This document shows, piece by piece, positions 10,347 to 21,034 of a stretch of DNA of 64,000 nt. Position 1 is the stretch's first letter, and every line of letters starts with the position of its first letter. The stretch is from a virus (Duplodnaviria > Caudoviricetes), in the IMG/VR virus record IMGVR_UViG_3300042554_000410, positions 1 to 64,000 of that record; one strand, given 5' to 3'. Both the position numbers and the translations under genes were made by a program. The notes beneath the pieces are model-generated. The model searched no databases. It saw only the letters and a program-made list of their open reading frames with translations, and was not told where the DNA came from.

Positions 10347-10631
10347 TTACTTTCCTTCTTCCTTAGTTGTTGTGTTATTCTCTACAACTAACTTTTCAAT
10401 TTTCTCTTGACCGCGCGTCCATGCGCTCACACCGATAATTGCGGCCATTGCAAGATGATAGAAGCCGCCATCTTTTAGAGTGATAGGATCCCAGTTATTG
10501 TCAAGTTTCAAATAATAACTCAGACCGAAATCAAAGAATGGAAAAATAATGAAATCAAACATACAGACAGCAAAATATTGCCAAGCAATTGCTGGTCGCC
10601 AGTATTGTTTGATCCACGATTCTTCTTTCAT
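10347..10631 (-). CDS. putative 3TM-type holin
   Basis: WRPAIAW...AIIGVSAWTRGQEK; ATGA overlap with endolysin. Confidence 0.65.
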   Translation of the reverse strand: MKEESWIKQYWRPAIAWQYFAVCMFDFIIFPFFDFGLSYYLKLDNNWDPITLKDGGFYHLAMAAIIGVSAWTRGQEKIEKLVVENNTTTKEEGK

Positions 10632-11149
10632 CCAAGTCTCGCAAACTGCCAGTGCATACCGTCGCAACGGCGCTCGTCTAGTGTATTATTGTTTCCGTTC
10701 CAATCACCGCCCCACACTGCACCAGTTCTCTTCCATGCATCTAGCACTTCTGGAAACTGAGCGAAGCGAGGTGTCTGGTCACCGAGTCCGTTGTTTGCTG
10801 GATCCAAGTCGATAGCACAGCCCCATGAGTGCATCGATAGACTTGTGCCGCCTCTCATCAAACGATAGTTATACACACCGCCAAAGATAGAGACGCCCCA
10901 ATGGTCTAGTGTAGCCTGCTTACCGCCGGCGGCTTTGTGTAGATTGTTGAATGCTTCCTGAAAGCCAACAAGACAGTTCTTGTTTACCTTGAAGCGAGAT
11001 ACTGGCTTGCCAGCATATGTGATGCGAAATGGTGGAGTAAAATATACAAGATATTCTGATTCCCACTTCACAGATGGTTGAGTTACATTCTTACCGCGTG
11101 GATTTCCATAGAATGAATCACATTCGCGTTGTAATGGCCAAGTTGTCAT
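10628..11149 (-). CDS. M15-family peptidoglycan peptidase (endolysin)
   Basis: SMHSWGCAIDLD and WGGDW...DGMHWQ zinc motifs. Confidence 0.88.
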   Translation of the reverse strand: MTTWPLQRECDSFYGNPRGKNVTQPSVKWESEYLVYFTPPFRITYAGKPVSRFKVNKNCLVGFQEAFNNLHKAAGGKQATLDHWGVSIFGGVYNYRLMRGGTSLSMHSWGCAIDLDPANNGLGDQTPRFAQFPEVLDAWKRTGAVWGGDWNGNNNTLDERRCDGMHWQFARLG

Positions 11150-11640
11150 ACGTTTTTCCCATATCTTGCGAAACACAGTGCGCCTGTGTTTTCGTCTTCT
11201 ATAATAATAGCACCCTTTTTATTCTTCTTTGCTTCCATACGGATGTGATGATATGTGTCATCTTCATCCAAGTATTTGCGCCAGTGTTTGCCCTTGCGCT
11301 TTGCTTCTCTGATTTGATTGAAAACTCTGGAAGGAACTATGTAAGTTTCAATACCCATGAACTTCTTGCCGCGTCGAGCCATTGGCATGAGTTGTGCTGG
11401 ACGACCTGGTTCGCCTTGTGGACCGACACCGATTCCAGCAATATTGCCACCACCAGCAGCATTCACAGGAGCATCTTCATCTACATAAGAACCCATAGTC
11501 TTGCCTAGAGGAATAGGTTTCTCGTTTCTCTTTGCATCAATCTCTTGACCCATAGCAGAAAAAGGTGCTGACATTCCACCATCGCCAGATGTCCCTGCTC
11601 CGCCTAAATTCTCTTTAATCTTTTTTCTAACTAACTTCAT
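11146..11640 (-). CDS. hypothetical protein, probable head-internal
   Basis: EDAPVNAAGGGNIAG motif; IKE/VDE possible protease sites. Confidence 0.6.
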   Translation of the reverse strand: MKLVRKKIKENLGGAGTSGDGGMSAPFSAMGQEIDAKRNEKPIPLGKTMGSYVDEDAPVNAAGGGNIAGIGVGPQGEPGRPAQLMPMARRGKKFMGIETYIVPSRVFNQIREAKRKGKHWRKYLDEDDTYHHIRMEAKKNKKGAIIIEDENTGALCFARYGKNV

Positions 11641-11702
11641 TATTCTCTTGACAACCTCTTGACAAAGCATTATATTGGCTATGTCCGCTATGATATGAAT
11701 AC

Positions 11703-12089
11703 CTATATATCTCTTAGTCTCTTTCCAACAAACAAGTCAACTGAGATGTTTCTTGACCAAATGTCTTTACCTCTGACGCCTGTAATATAGTCTGGCATAT
11801 AATCAAGAAACATCAAGAATGTTTTTAGTATCTGATAGTCTTGTTCATCTAGTTTAAAGAACAACATTCTAACAGCATTTCTAGTTCCAAAAACATTAGA
11901 GAGGATGATAATGTGATTTAGTATCAACCTCTCTTTTAGTTCTCCAGTTGTTTTATACCTCTTGATAAGTCTCTTTATATACTTAATACGCTTTAAGTCT
12001 TCCTCAAATTCACTCATTATACAGTTAGGAGAATCATAGCACTTCATGGCATATATCATGAAGTTCTCATCATTTAAGTCTTCAATCAT
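11703..12089 (-). CDS. conserved T4-like hypothetical protein
   Basis: EFEEDLKRIKYIKRL...ERLILNHII.L.NVFG. Confidence 0.8.
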   Translation of the reverse strand: MIEDLNDENFMIYAMKCYDSPNCIMSEFEEDLKRIKYIKRLIKRYKTTGELKERLILNHIIILSNVFGTRNAVRMLFFKLDEQDYQILKTFLMFLDYMPDYITGVRGKDIWSRNISVDLFVGKRLRDI

Positions 12090-12883
12090 TATTTCTTTTT
12101 ACGAATCATTTTCTTAGTTTTTTTCTTTGCCTTAGCTGAAATTGTTGAAGCGCGGCGGTCAGGATTAACTTTTTCTTTTCCTTTCTGAACAAAAGGAGGA
12201 ACAAATGGTTCATTTTCTTCCTTCTTCATCATATTAGAAAGTGTGACTTTCTTTGCACCCATCTTCTTCTTGAGATTAGGCATAGGCTCTTCATTCATCT
12301 GTGTAAATGTTTTGCCCCGCTTTTCATGCTCAATATAATCGTCAACATCATTTGATTGCTTTTCAGATTTCATCTTATTGACTAACTTGTAGAGCATCTT
12401 GGATACACCACCCATAGAACGCTCTTCCGTAAGGTCTGTTTCATCATCTTCCACTTCTGCATCAAAATCGGCCATGATTTCGTTCAGTTCGTCTTCATTT
12501 ACTACACTAGCGAAAACGTCAAACATACCTTCGTCATTTAGTGACCATTCGAAATATACGAACAGTGGAGAGTCGCTGGCGGTTACGACTTCTCCCTGGT
12601 CGTTCATTCCCATCTTTTTACCAAACTGAGAGATTTCAAAAACATCATTACCGTGATTTTGATCTAGAAAGATTGCCTTAGGGAGAAAGATTTTGTAGTA
12701 TTCAAGAACCTTTCTAACATCCTCCAATGCGTTGTATGGAGTGCGAAATACATTAGCAGTTGTTACTTCCAAGTTTGAATTGATAGCATCAACTACTGTT
12801 GGATCATCAATGGAAATACCACCATCATGATTGTATATCGCAGGGTCAAAATCTTCTGCTAGATATTCATTAAATCTCTTCAT
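12089..12883 (-). CDS. putative internal head protein
   Basis: N-terminus MKRFNEYLAE resembles the T4 capsid-targeting sequence MKTYQEFIAE. Confidence 0.6.
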   Translation of the reverse strand: MKRFNEYLAEDFDPAIYNHDGGISIDDPTVVDAINSNLEVTTANVFRTPYNALEDVRKVLEYYKIFLPKAIFLDQNHGNDVFEISQFGKKMGMNDQGEVVTASDSPLFVYFEWSLNDEGMFDVFASVVNEDELNEIMADFDAEVEDDETDLTEERSMGGVSKMLYKLVNKMKSEKQSNDVDDYIEHEKRGKTFTQMNEEPMPNLKKKMGAKKVTLSNMMKKEENEPFVPPFVQKGKEKVNPDRRASTISAKAKKKTKKMIRKKK

Positions 12884-12905
12884 TGGTTACCGCCATTTCT
12901 TTCTA

Positions 12906-13499
12906 TTAGGTGCCTGGGAAATACTTATCGTCGCCTGTATCATCACCAGTCATAGAACCCATGGCAACTAGAGTTTCATAATTTACTCTACCTGCACGAC
13001 CACCAAGTGTTACTGAGAATGTAGCAAAGTTGGCGCTGTTTGGTCCGTTTGGTGTGAGTGTTGGAGCAACGTTGAATCCAGCACCTGGGCTGTGAATTAC
13101 TACAGTAGCAATTGTGTTCCAATATGAGTTGGAAGAATATGTCTGTAGAGTATTGCGTGAGTTAGCAATGGTATATGCAAGATTTACTGTGCCATCACCA
13201 CCGCCTGAAACAACGATATAGCCAGCAGAATTGTAGTTCTGACCGCCATTTACGATTGTTACAGAAGCGATTGGACCTGTGCCAATCTTCTGTGATACCC
13301 AACCAGCGTGAGCAACTTTCTTACCGTCTACTAGCGTGTTTGCTGCTTCTGTTGCAGACACACCGTACACAGCACCGTAATACTTTGCAGTATTAGCTTT
13401 GCTTCCGTTGATTGTAGAGTTTGAAACTCTATATGTTGTGTTGGCATACAAAGGCTTTCCATTGCCTGTGATGCCGTCTAGATTTGTCCAAAGTGACAT
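12906..13499 (-). CDS. putative virion structural protein
   Basis: MSLW start; AHAGWV...GRAGRV.YETLVAM motif; Gly/Thr/Asn-rich. Confidence 0.65.
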   Translation of the reverse strand: MSLWTNLDGITGNGKPLYANTTYRVSNSTINGSKANTAKYYGAVYGVSATEAANTLVDGKKVAHAGWVSQKIGTGPIASVTIVNGGQNYNSAGYIVVSGGGDGTVNLAYTIANSRNTLQTYSSNSYWNTIATVVIHSPGAGFNVAPTLTPNGPNSANFATFSVTLGGRAGRVNYETLVAMGSMTGDDTGDDKYFPGT

Positions 13500-13510
13500 T
13501 TACTTTCTCC

Positions 13511-13909
13511 TTATTGAGTGCCTATCATAGCCGAATCTTGTTCTGGTGTAGTATTTATTATTGTAGACTTGGTATTGGAAGATTTCTTATCTTCTCCAAG
13601 TCTGTATCTATCTGGTTTATTTCTTTGTAAACCTAAATCAGATTGCATTTTTTGTCTAGGTCCAGTCAACTTTTTAGCAATTCTTGGATGAGTCCTAATC
13701 GCGCCGCGCTTAAATTCATTCAGTTCGTCTTCTTTTACTACACCATGATGAATTTCTTTTGTTGCAGATCCTGGCTTTCTGTTTGGACTAGCAGGATCCT
13801 GTATGTCAGCTCCAGCGCCCCCGTATGGGCCACCAGAGCCAACTAACTTTTGTTCCATTTTCATTTTGCGAAGTGATTTAATCATCTCCGCTAATTGTTT
13901 GTTGTTCAT
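13511..13909 (-). CDS. hypothetical basic protein
   Basis: ORF track; coupled to upstream gene. Confidence 0.6.
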   Translation of the reverse strand: MNNKQLAEMIKSLRKMKMEQKLVGSGGPYGGAGADIQDPASPNRKPGSATKEIHHGVVKEDELNEFKRGAIRTHPRIAKKLTGPRQKMQSDLGLQRNKPDRYRLGEDKKSSNTKSTIINTTPEQDSAMIGTQ

Positions 13910-16674
13910 TTTCTCACACCTGGTTTACCTGGTTGCGGTCTTGTCATGCTGTGTACGTTTAGACCTTGAGCGTCTTTACGTGGACCAGCAGGTTCATCTC
14001 TACCTGATTTACTTCTTGCCATTTGCTGTTGTAAAGCGTTTGATTTTTTAGTAACTTGTGGCTGTGCTTGTGTTTGTACTGGCTTTGGTTTAGGAACTGG
14101 AACAGATTGAGTTGTTGCCGTTACAGGTTGAATACGCTTAACTCCAACTTTATCTCGTTCTGCTCCTGCTGACATTGCTTGAGGACTCGCAGCATTAGCT
14201 GGTGCTACTGGAGTTGTAGATGCTTGTGCTGCAGGAGGTTGATTTCCACTCAAACTTCTATTTAAAGCATATCCACCAATTGCAGCACCAGCAGCACCAG
14301 CCGCTAGTCCTGCTTTTGCTTTATCACTGAGTCCAACAATTCTTGTTGCTCCACCTGCCGCGAGATTTGGAGAACCAGGTCTTGCAGGAAGATTTGGACC
14401 ACTTGTAGGTCTTACAGCAGGAACACCAGGTCTAACATAGTTAGTTGGTTCTGTTGTTCTGCGTAAAGCTGGAAGTTGTCTAGCCTTTAAATCTGAACCA
14501 GCATTTTGTCTTGCTCTAGCTAATTTGTCTTGAAAAGTACCTCTGATACCAGCATTTCCTGATGGAATATCTGGCTTTTTTGCAGGCATAATAATTTCAT
14601 CTGGTTCTCTTGCCGCTTGAGAGACAGGTTTAGCTGGCTTAGATGCAACTTTTGCTGTCGCAGATGAAACAGGTCTAGGTAGTAGTTTTTGGCCTACAGA
14701 ACCTGCAGTTCTACCACCTTTTATAAAATTATATGCTGCTTTACTCGCTTTAACAGCGCCACCTACTAAAGCACCTCCAGCAAGATTCATGCCAACATCA
14801 GCGGCTGTTTGGCCGAGACCTTGTTGACCTCTAGCATACTTATCGATTGCCCTTGCTGCACCTACTCCAGGAACAAAAGGTGCAACAGTATCAATGCCTT
14901 TTTCCATTCTAGCGTCTAATTCTGCTCTACGTTGAGCAGCATTTTTTTGTGCGGGAATAGAACCAAGACCATAATCTGATCGCGCTCTTTGTACTGTTTT
15001 TTTCAATTCTGAAGGTTTTACACTAGAATTAACTGAGCTTGATTTTATATTTGATGATTTAAATCCTGATGATCTGTCTGTGTTAAATGGCACATGACCA
15101 TGTCCGCCTCGTGCCGTAACAATGTCTGACACTTCCGCCACAACCTGCTTTTCAGCAGAAGCAGTTACGCTCAAGCCGTGGCGGTTATTAAAACCCTCGT
15201 TTTCCTCAGCAACTCTCTTGGCTGTTTCAGTTGCAATTCTCATTTTTTTGGCCATTGGCATGCCTGGATTTTCTCTTTCCATAGCAGTAGCAACTTTTTC
15301 GCGCTTAGACTTTTCTGCTGATGTTAGCTTCTTTTCTTCAAGTCTCTTTGCAACTTTATCCATACGTTGCATTGTATCAACGTCTTTTCTAAAATCTGGA
15401 CCAGGTCCCCAGCCTCGATCATCCCAAGCCCTTTTTTCTGCGGCTCTTGATTTCATAGTAGCCTTTAGTTTTAATAATTTCTTAGCAATTATGCCTTTTG
15501 GCATCATGCCGGCTTCTTCAAGATTTTCTTCCTTCATTGTGCCTGGTGGAAGAGAAGTCTTTGCAGCACGATTGACTGTCTGTTCCTTTGACTTTGCATA
15601 GTCAGGAGTTGTTCCTGCTGGAGCATAGTCTGGCTTCTTGATGCCCATCGAAGAAGGAGATGTCACATCGCTTTCTTTCATGGAACGTAGCTTCTTAAAA
15701 TCTGCTGAAGTTAGATCACCAAAAGGTTCAGCAACATCCAACTTTCTTTTATTTGGATGATCAATATCGTTTTCTTCACTCTGCATTTTTTCAATTTGCG
15801 CTCTTGTTACATTTCCAGCAGCTTTAACATTGCCTTTTTCAAGTTCTTTCATTCTCCAGAAAAGATTATTAGTAACATCTATTGCATTTTTATCTTTACG
15901 TCCTAAACGTCCTCTTTTAGGCTTTACCTTATTTGGTATACCATACATCTTTATCTTTTCTTCATCAAGTGCTTCTTCTTCTAATCTTTTTTTAGGTCTA
16001 TTAGCAGGAACAACATCTTTCTTAGGTCTTTTAGCAGGAACAACACCTTTCTTACCTTCAATCTTATCGCCTGCCAACTTTATCATCTTTGCATGTTTAG
16101 CTGCTTTTTCTGCCGAATTTATAATGAAGTCTGATGCGCCTTGAGGTGTTTTTTTTAGTTGCCAGTCCTTCATATTTCTAATTATTGCGTGAACTTGCGT
16201 TTTACGCTTATTTTTATAGTTTTCTAAAGTTTCTGGAGACAATTCATTAAGTATTTCTACACCTTCTCTCATACCAGGAACAAAACCTTTAATTTCTTTT
16301 ACTTTACCGTCTTTTACTATGAATCCTCTAATTTTTCTTATAGAATCGCTTAGATTATCATGTATATGTACACCATCATTAGGATCGTATTGAACTTTAC
16401 CTGGACCAGCAATTTTTCTAATTTTCATAGACTCTGGTGTATTTAATCCAGGATGAAGTTTTGATTTTTTCTTTGCCTCATCAAGTGCTTCCACACCTTC
16501 TGTCAATACTGTCTTATAAGCAGCATCCCATTCGCCCTGACGTTCATGTGGAAGAGCCTTACGGTCTGTTACACCAAACTTTTCATTTACCAGTCTGACA
16601 GCATCACGCTCAGCCTGATTCTTTTTCATCACTTCTTGGACTGCGCCAATTAATGGATCGTTTTTGTTAAGCAT
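13906..16674 (-). CDS. large low-complexity protein, probable processed internal head protein
   Basis: 922 aa, Lys/Ala/Pro-rich, repeated LDE/LNE/LEE motifs. Confidence 0.7.
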   Translation of the reverse strand: MLNKNDPLIGAVQEVMKKNQAERDAVRLVNEKFGVTDRKALPHERQGEWDAAYKTVLTEGVEALDEAKKKSKLHPGLNTPESMKIRKIAGPGKVQYDPNDGVHIHDNLSDSIRKIRGFIVKDGKVKEIKGFVPGMREGVEILNELSPETLENYKNKRKTQVHAIIRNMKDWQLKKTPQGASDFIINSAEKAAKHAKMIKLAGDKIEGKKGVVPAKRPKKDVVPANRPKKRLEEEALDEEKIKMYGIPNKVKPKRGRLGRKDKNAIDVTNNLFWRMKELEKGNVKAAGNVTRAQIEKMQSEENDIDHPNKRKLDVAEPFGDLTSADFKKLRSMKESDVTSPSSMGIKKPDYAPAGTTPDYAKSKEQTVNRAAKTSLPPGTMKEENLEEAGMMPKGIIAKKLLKLKATMKSRAAEKRAWDDRGWGPGPDFRKDVDTMQRMDKVAKRLEEKKLTSAEKSKREKVATAMERENPGMPMAKKMRIATETAKRVAEENEGFNNRHGLSVTASAEKQVVAEVSDIVTARGGHGHVPFNTDRSSGFKSSNIKSSSVNSSVKPSELKKTVQRARSDYGLGSIPAQKNAAQRRAELDARMEKGIDTVAPFVPGVGAARAIDKYARGQQGLGQTAADVGMNLAGGALVGGAVKASKAAYNFIKGGRTAGSVGQKLLPRPVSSATAKVASKPAKPVSQAAREPDEIIMPAKKPDIPSGNAGIRGTFQDKLARARQNAGSDLKARQLPALRRTTEPTNYVRPGVPAVRPTSGPNLPARPGSPNLAAGGATRIVGLSDKAKAGLAAGAAGAAIGGYALNRSLSGNQPPAAQASTTPVAPANAASPQAMSAGAERDKVGVKRIQPVTATTQSVPVPKPKPVQTQAQPQVTKKSNALQQQMARSKSGRDEPAGPRKDAQGLNVHSMTRPQPGKPGVRK

Positions 16675-16716
16675 TTTAGTTGTCCTCTATGGAGTTTATC
16701 TATATTTATCTAAATC

Positions 16717-19700
16717 TTATTCTTCGCAATTCCAACGTCTAAGCGACATAGCCTTACGAGTTGGTCTGCCCTTTTCGTCTTTCATTGGGCCTTTCATGCC
16801 GCCCATTCTAGCACAGAATGACTTACGGCGTTTCCAAGCTTTACCGCCTTTTTTAAGTTTTGATGGAGGTGTAGTAACCGCTGTCTTGATACCAAAGTGC
16901 TTTGCGCCTTTTCTTGTTAGTCCAGCACCACTCTCGGTTGATCTGTATAGACCTTTTGAGTCTGCGCCGCGCTCATTTAACTGTTCTTCACTCTTACGCT
17001 GTGTTGGAATAGGACTCATATTATTGACTCCGCCTTCCATTCCTTCACGAAGTTTCTTCACTGATTTCTTTTCTTCGCTGTGTTCACATCCGCAACCTGC
17101 ATTCTCTAGTTTTAATGCCGTCTCTACCAACTTTTCTTCCCACAAATCGCCATATTTTTCCATATACTTTTGCTGAGTTGATTCCTTTGACATCCAGTTC
17201 TGAATGCTCTCGGATAGACCCATTGAATATGCTGAACCGTAACCGAATCCGTATGGTGTGCCTGCACGAGGAACACCGATGGTTGGGCCGATACCATCAG
17301 CGCCGAAGGCATATCCACCCTGCACAGATGCTTCCATGGCCTCTTGCTTCAACTTGTCTGCACTACGCATTAGTTCTTCTTTTGCTTTCTTAGCTTCTTC
17401 GGCATTCTTTTCAAGATGTGGTAAAGCCTTTACCATTTTCTGCCAAGGAGTTTTCTTCTTTGATTCGGCCACGAAACTTTCAAATGCTTCGTTGACAGGT
17501 ACACAGTTAGGTACCATGCGATTACCTTTCTTCTTCATGCCCTTTTGCTCATAACCATCCCAGCATGTATCCTTTTCTTCGTTGACAGATGTCCAACCAC
17601 CACCCTTAGACTTATACCACTTTGCTGCCCAACCATTAGCATATGCAGATGGATATACATCAAACTTTTTTCTGGCCATAGACTTAGCTCTTGACCATAG
17701 TTCTGGATTTGTTGGCTTGTTCTTTTCCATCAAAACTTGTTCTGACATTCTGTCACGGTTAATCTTGTCAATTGCTTTTTGAACTGACTCTGTTTTGACC
17801 ATAATAGGTTTATTGCCTTTACCTGATCTATCTGCCACGGGATCCTCTCTTCTTTTTCTTCTTGCTGATGCAGCGCGTTCTTTTTTACTCATCGAATATG
17901 CTCTAGATGCCGGCATACATTTTGGTTTACCTTCACCTGGCTCTCTAGCACAATCGCCTTTAATGTTACCTTTTGTATCAACTCTTTTCCAGTTGCCCTC
18001 TGGATGTGTTTTACTAAACCAATTTCTTAAATCTTCACTCAACTGAACCTTTACTAGTTTACCGCCTTGACTGTGGAATAATACTTTGTTTATACCATTA
18101 ACTTTACGACCAAATCTACCAAAACCATAATATGACAAACCAAGTCTTCTGGCCTGATTCATCAAATCATTATCTGGCTTGTGAATAACACTTGGCATTT
18201 CGACATTCTGTCTAATCTGAGTAAGTGTCTTATATCTCTTTGGCTCTTGATATCCTGTGATACCACGATTTCTTGCTTCGCGTTCAATCCATTTTGCTGC
18301 TGCTGGATTTTGATTTTCAGAGCGAACAAACTGTTGAGCCATACGACGAATACGATTGAAGTTGGCCTGAATCTTTTCTTTTTCTTCTGGTCCAACTTTG
18401 CGAACATCTGCTGTGTTATCGATGACAGCAAATTTTTCATTACCAAAAATCTTTTGCAGTTCGCCAATATTCTTTTGTGCTAAGTCCCATTTCTGCTGAC
18501 GAATGTTTGGAGAATTATCTGGCACGCCTTGCTTATCTGTACCATCTGGAACTTTACGCTTGCCCATCTTACCGCGTTCAACGTTACGCTCACGCGATAC
18601 TTCATTAGAAGTGTTTACGAATACCATCATGGTTTCGTAGCCGTCTGCTTCCAAGTTTTGTTTGATTGTCTTGATTTTTTCTAAGTCATCTGCTGTGCCG
18701 TTGATGATGAGTCCAAGACGACCTGCAAGGGCTAGACGCTCTTGTTCTTTTGTAATGTTCTTCGCGCGGCCGCGCACGATGTCGCGCTCAACTCTTTCTT
18801 CATCCGGCATCTCAAGGTCTAGACCGTTCTTCTGCATTAGATACTCAAATGCAACGTCAGAATTGATTTCTTTCAATCCTTCACCAGCAAGAGTGGAATT
18901 CATTACGTAGTCTTTACCAGAACCTGGACCACCAGCCAGAAAGATAGCCTTGAGTTTGCCTGGATCGTTTATACCCTCGCTAAGTTGACCACGAACAGCC
19001 TTGAATCCCTTGACTGCTTTCTTTTGATATTCACTTGATCCTTTTTTGTCTAGCCAATATCTGTCAATACCATCGTCATACCAAAGACCAGATGTTTGAT
19101 TTGTTATAACGTATTGTGACACACCAGTCGGTGATACTTCACCTGTCACATTACCTAGTCCGCGAATACCACCGCCAATTGCTGCTGTGTTTGTTTCGAC
19201 AACATAAGACTTGCCGAACATATCTGGATTGGCCTTAGCAAACCAACGCATAATCTTACCTGCTTCTGAGTTTGCTTCGTTCTCAATATCAGAACCAGTT
19301 GCGCCTTCTTTCTCTATATCTTTACCTAACCGACCATCTTCGTTCTGTTTGTGATGCACAAGTTCATGAGCAACAGAACGGAATATGTCCATCGGATGTC
19401 TGTTCATAGTAGATATAGACAGTTCATTAGACGATGGATTATATGCTGCGAATGAATTGTATGAATCATCATCTGTCTTGTATCTAACAGTCGGCATAGA
19501 TTTTAGACCAAGCTTATCGGATGCAAATGACACAAATGAATCCAGCATAGGTGCTAGTTCTTTGCGTGTAATTTCTTCTTTTAATTGCTTTAATGTTTTT
19601 GGTTTTGGAAGTTTAGCGGATAATAGTTTATGCACAGATGCATCATATTTGCCAAACAAATCTTTGACAAACTCTTTCTGCTTTGCGTTGTCTAATGATA

Positions 19701-20196
19701 CAAACTGCTTACGAAGTTCAGAAGCAGATGTGGCTGGCTTACCTAGAACATCGAATGTAAATGTAGGAGTGACGATAACATAACCCTTAGGCATAGATGC
19801 ATCACCAAAAGGCTGCAACTTCTTTTCATTGCCTGCATATGGTTGGAGATAACTTGGATTACCAGATTTGGTTGGTTTGAATGAAAAACGAGGATCTTCT
19901 TCCATGTCTTTTTGCGACACAGCAAAGACTAAAACCGTCGTCTTAGGATCGTAGTCTTTTAGTATTTCTCTGGCGATGTAGGGATTGGTAACTTGCTTGA
20001 TACTGTTAGATGGGACACCAGCCAGTGTCATCATCTTGACTTTTTCTTTGAAATTGAATGGACTCTTAGGTAGTTCTACTTTATCAGATGTGGCAATGAC
20101 TGCATCGCCGAACTTTGACTTGAGCCATTTATAGACCTGTGCATGGCCTTTATGGAAGGGTTGAAAACGCCCTGGATATACTACTAAAACTTTCAT
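16717..20196 (-). CDS. multidomain protein: HIGH-type nucleotidyltransferase + HExxH domain + P-loop kinase + small basic domains
   Basis: GRFQPFHKGH; VAHELVHHKQ; LAGGPGSGKD; CWDGY and RRKSFCARM modules. Confidence 0.8.
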   Translation of the reverse strand: MKVLVVYPGRFQPFHKGHAQVYKWLKSKFGDAVIATSDKVELPKSPFNFKEKVKMMTLAGVPSNSIKQVTNPYIAREILKDYDPKTTVLVFAVSQKDMEEDPRFSFKPTKSGNPSYLQPYAGNEKKLQPFGDASMPKGYVIVTPTFTFDVLGKPATSASELRKQFVSLDNAKQKEFVKDLFGKYDASVHKLLSAKLPKPKTLKQLKEEITRKELAPMLDSFVSFASDKLGLKSMPTVRYKTDDDSYNSFAAYNPSSNELSISTMNRHPMDIFRSVAHELVHHKQNEDGRLGKDIEKEGATGSDIENEANSEAGKIMRWFAKANPDMFGKSYVVETNTAAIGGGIRGLGNVTGEVSPTGVSQYVITNQTSGLWYDDGIDRYWLDKKGSSEYQKKAVKGFKAVRGQLSEGINDPGKLKAIFLAGGPGSGKDYVMNSTLAGEGLKEINSDVAFEYLMQKNGLDLEMPDEERVERDIVRGRAKNITKEQERLALAGRLGLIINGTADDLEKIKTIKQNLEADGYETMMVFVNTSNEVSRERNVERGKMGKRKVPDGTDKQGVPDNSPNIRQQKWDLAQKNIGELQKIFGNEKFAVIDNTADVRKVGPEEKEKIQANFNRIRRMAQQFVRSENQNPAAAKWIEREARNRGITGYQEPKRYKTLTQIRQNVEMPSVIHKPDNDLMNQARRLGLSYYGFGRFGRKVNGINKVLFHSQGGKLVKVQLSEDLRNWFSKTHPEGNWKRVDTKGNIKGDCAREPGEGKPKCMPASRAYSMSKKERAASARRKRREDPVADRSGKGNKPIMVKTESVQKAIDKINRDRMSEQVLMEKNKPTNPELWSRAKSMARKKFDVYPSAYANGWAAKWYKSKGGGWTSVNEEKDTCWDGYEQKGMKKKGNRMVPNCVPVNEAFESFVAESKKKTPWQKMVKALPHLEKNAEEAKKAKEELMRSADKLKQEAMEASVQGGYAFGADGIGPTIGVPRAGTPYGFGYGSAYSMGLSESIQNWMSKESTQQKYMEKYGDLWEEKLVETALKLENAGCGCEHSEEKKSVKKLREGMEGGVNNMSPIPTQRKSEEQLNERGADSKGLYRSTESGAGLTRKGAKHFGIKTAVTTPPSKLKKGGKAWKRRKSFCARMGGMKGPMKDEKGRPTRKAMSLRRWNCEE

Positions 20197-20374
20197 TATT
20201 CCCTCTATAGGAACATTAACTTACAGAGGTATTTAGTGTTTTATTGTTCTGACTCCATGGCCTTGTGCCAATACTTTTTCAGTATGTCCTGACATTCCTT
20301 TTCAGAATATGATTCAGGAACAGGTTTGCCTTTCAATTTTTGCCATATAGCGTTGGCTATCTCTCTTTCCCATG

Positions 20375-21034
20375 TCATATCTCATATTTCTTTCTTTTGA
20401 GTGTTTCACGCACAACTGAAGTGATTTCTTCAGCGATGGTCTTGACTTTAGCATTTGGAGTATATTTGGACACTCTACCATCTTTTACCAGATAACCCAC
20501 TGCTTCCACGTTCGGATAAAGAGTTGCAACTTTGAATAGTATATCTAAGTTCTTTTCGTGGTCATCCCACATGCGAACACGGTCAAACTTACCAGTCTTT
20601 AGATATCTCTTGAGAATGACACCTTTGTTGATGTGGGCGGGTCCAGACTTTGAGACATTACCTGCACGTTCTACATAGACTTTATCAATCGGAAATCCAT
20701 GGTCACGAAACGTCTGTAGAAACTCCTTATGGTCATCAAAGTCTGACCGAGCAGTAAGAATAATCGAATGTGAGTTTTCGGTCTGTCTTGCGACGATGTT
20801 TTTTGCATTATTCAGAACCGAACGGATAGGCTTGAATGTATCACGAAAGATTTTGCCTGATCTGAACTGAGCAAAGTCAAACTTTTCATCTGGTGCTAGT
20901 TTGTAAGAATTAAACTCACCGGGTTCCAATATCTTTACTGTTTTGCCGTCCTTGACAACACCAACTCTGGCCGATGTTCGACCAAGAGTGTCATCGATAT
21001 CCCACACATTCAATGTACGGATTTCTTTATTCAT
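20375..21034 (-). CDS. HAD-superfamily phosphatase (PNKP-phosphatase-like)
   Basis: WDIDDTL, ILTAR, K, MWDDHEKN = HAD motifs I-IV. Confidence 0.75.
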   Translation of the reverse strand: MNKEIRTLNVWDIDDTLGRTSARVGVVKDGKTVKILEPGEFNSYKLAPDEKFDFAQFRSGKIFRDTFKPIRSVLNNAKNIVARQTENSHSIILTARSDFDDHKEFLQTFRDHGFPIDKVYVERAGNVSKSGPAHINKGVILKRYLKTGKFDRVRMWDDHEKNLDILFKVATLYPNVEAVGYLVKDGRVSKYTPNAKVKTIAEEITSVVRETLKRKKYEI

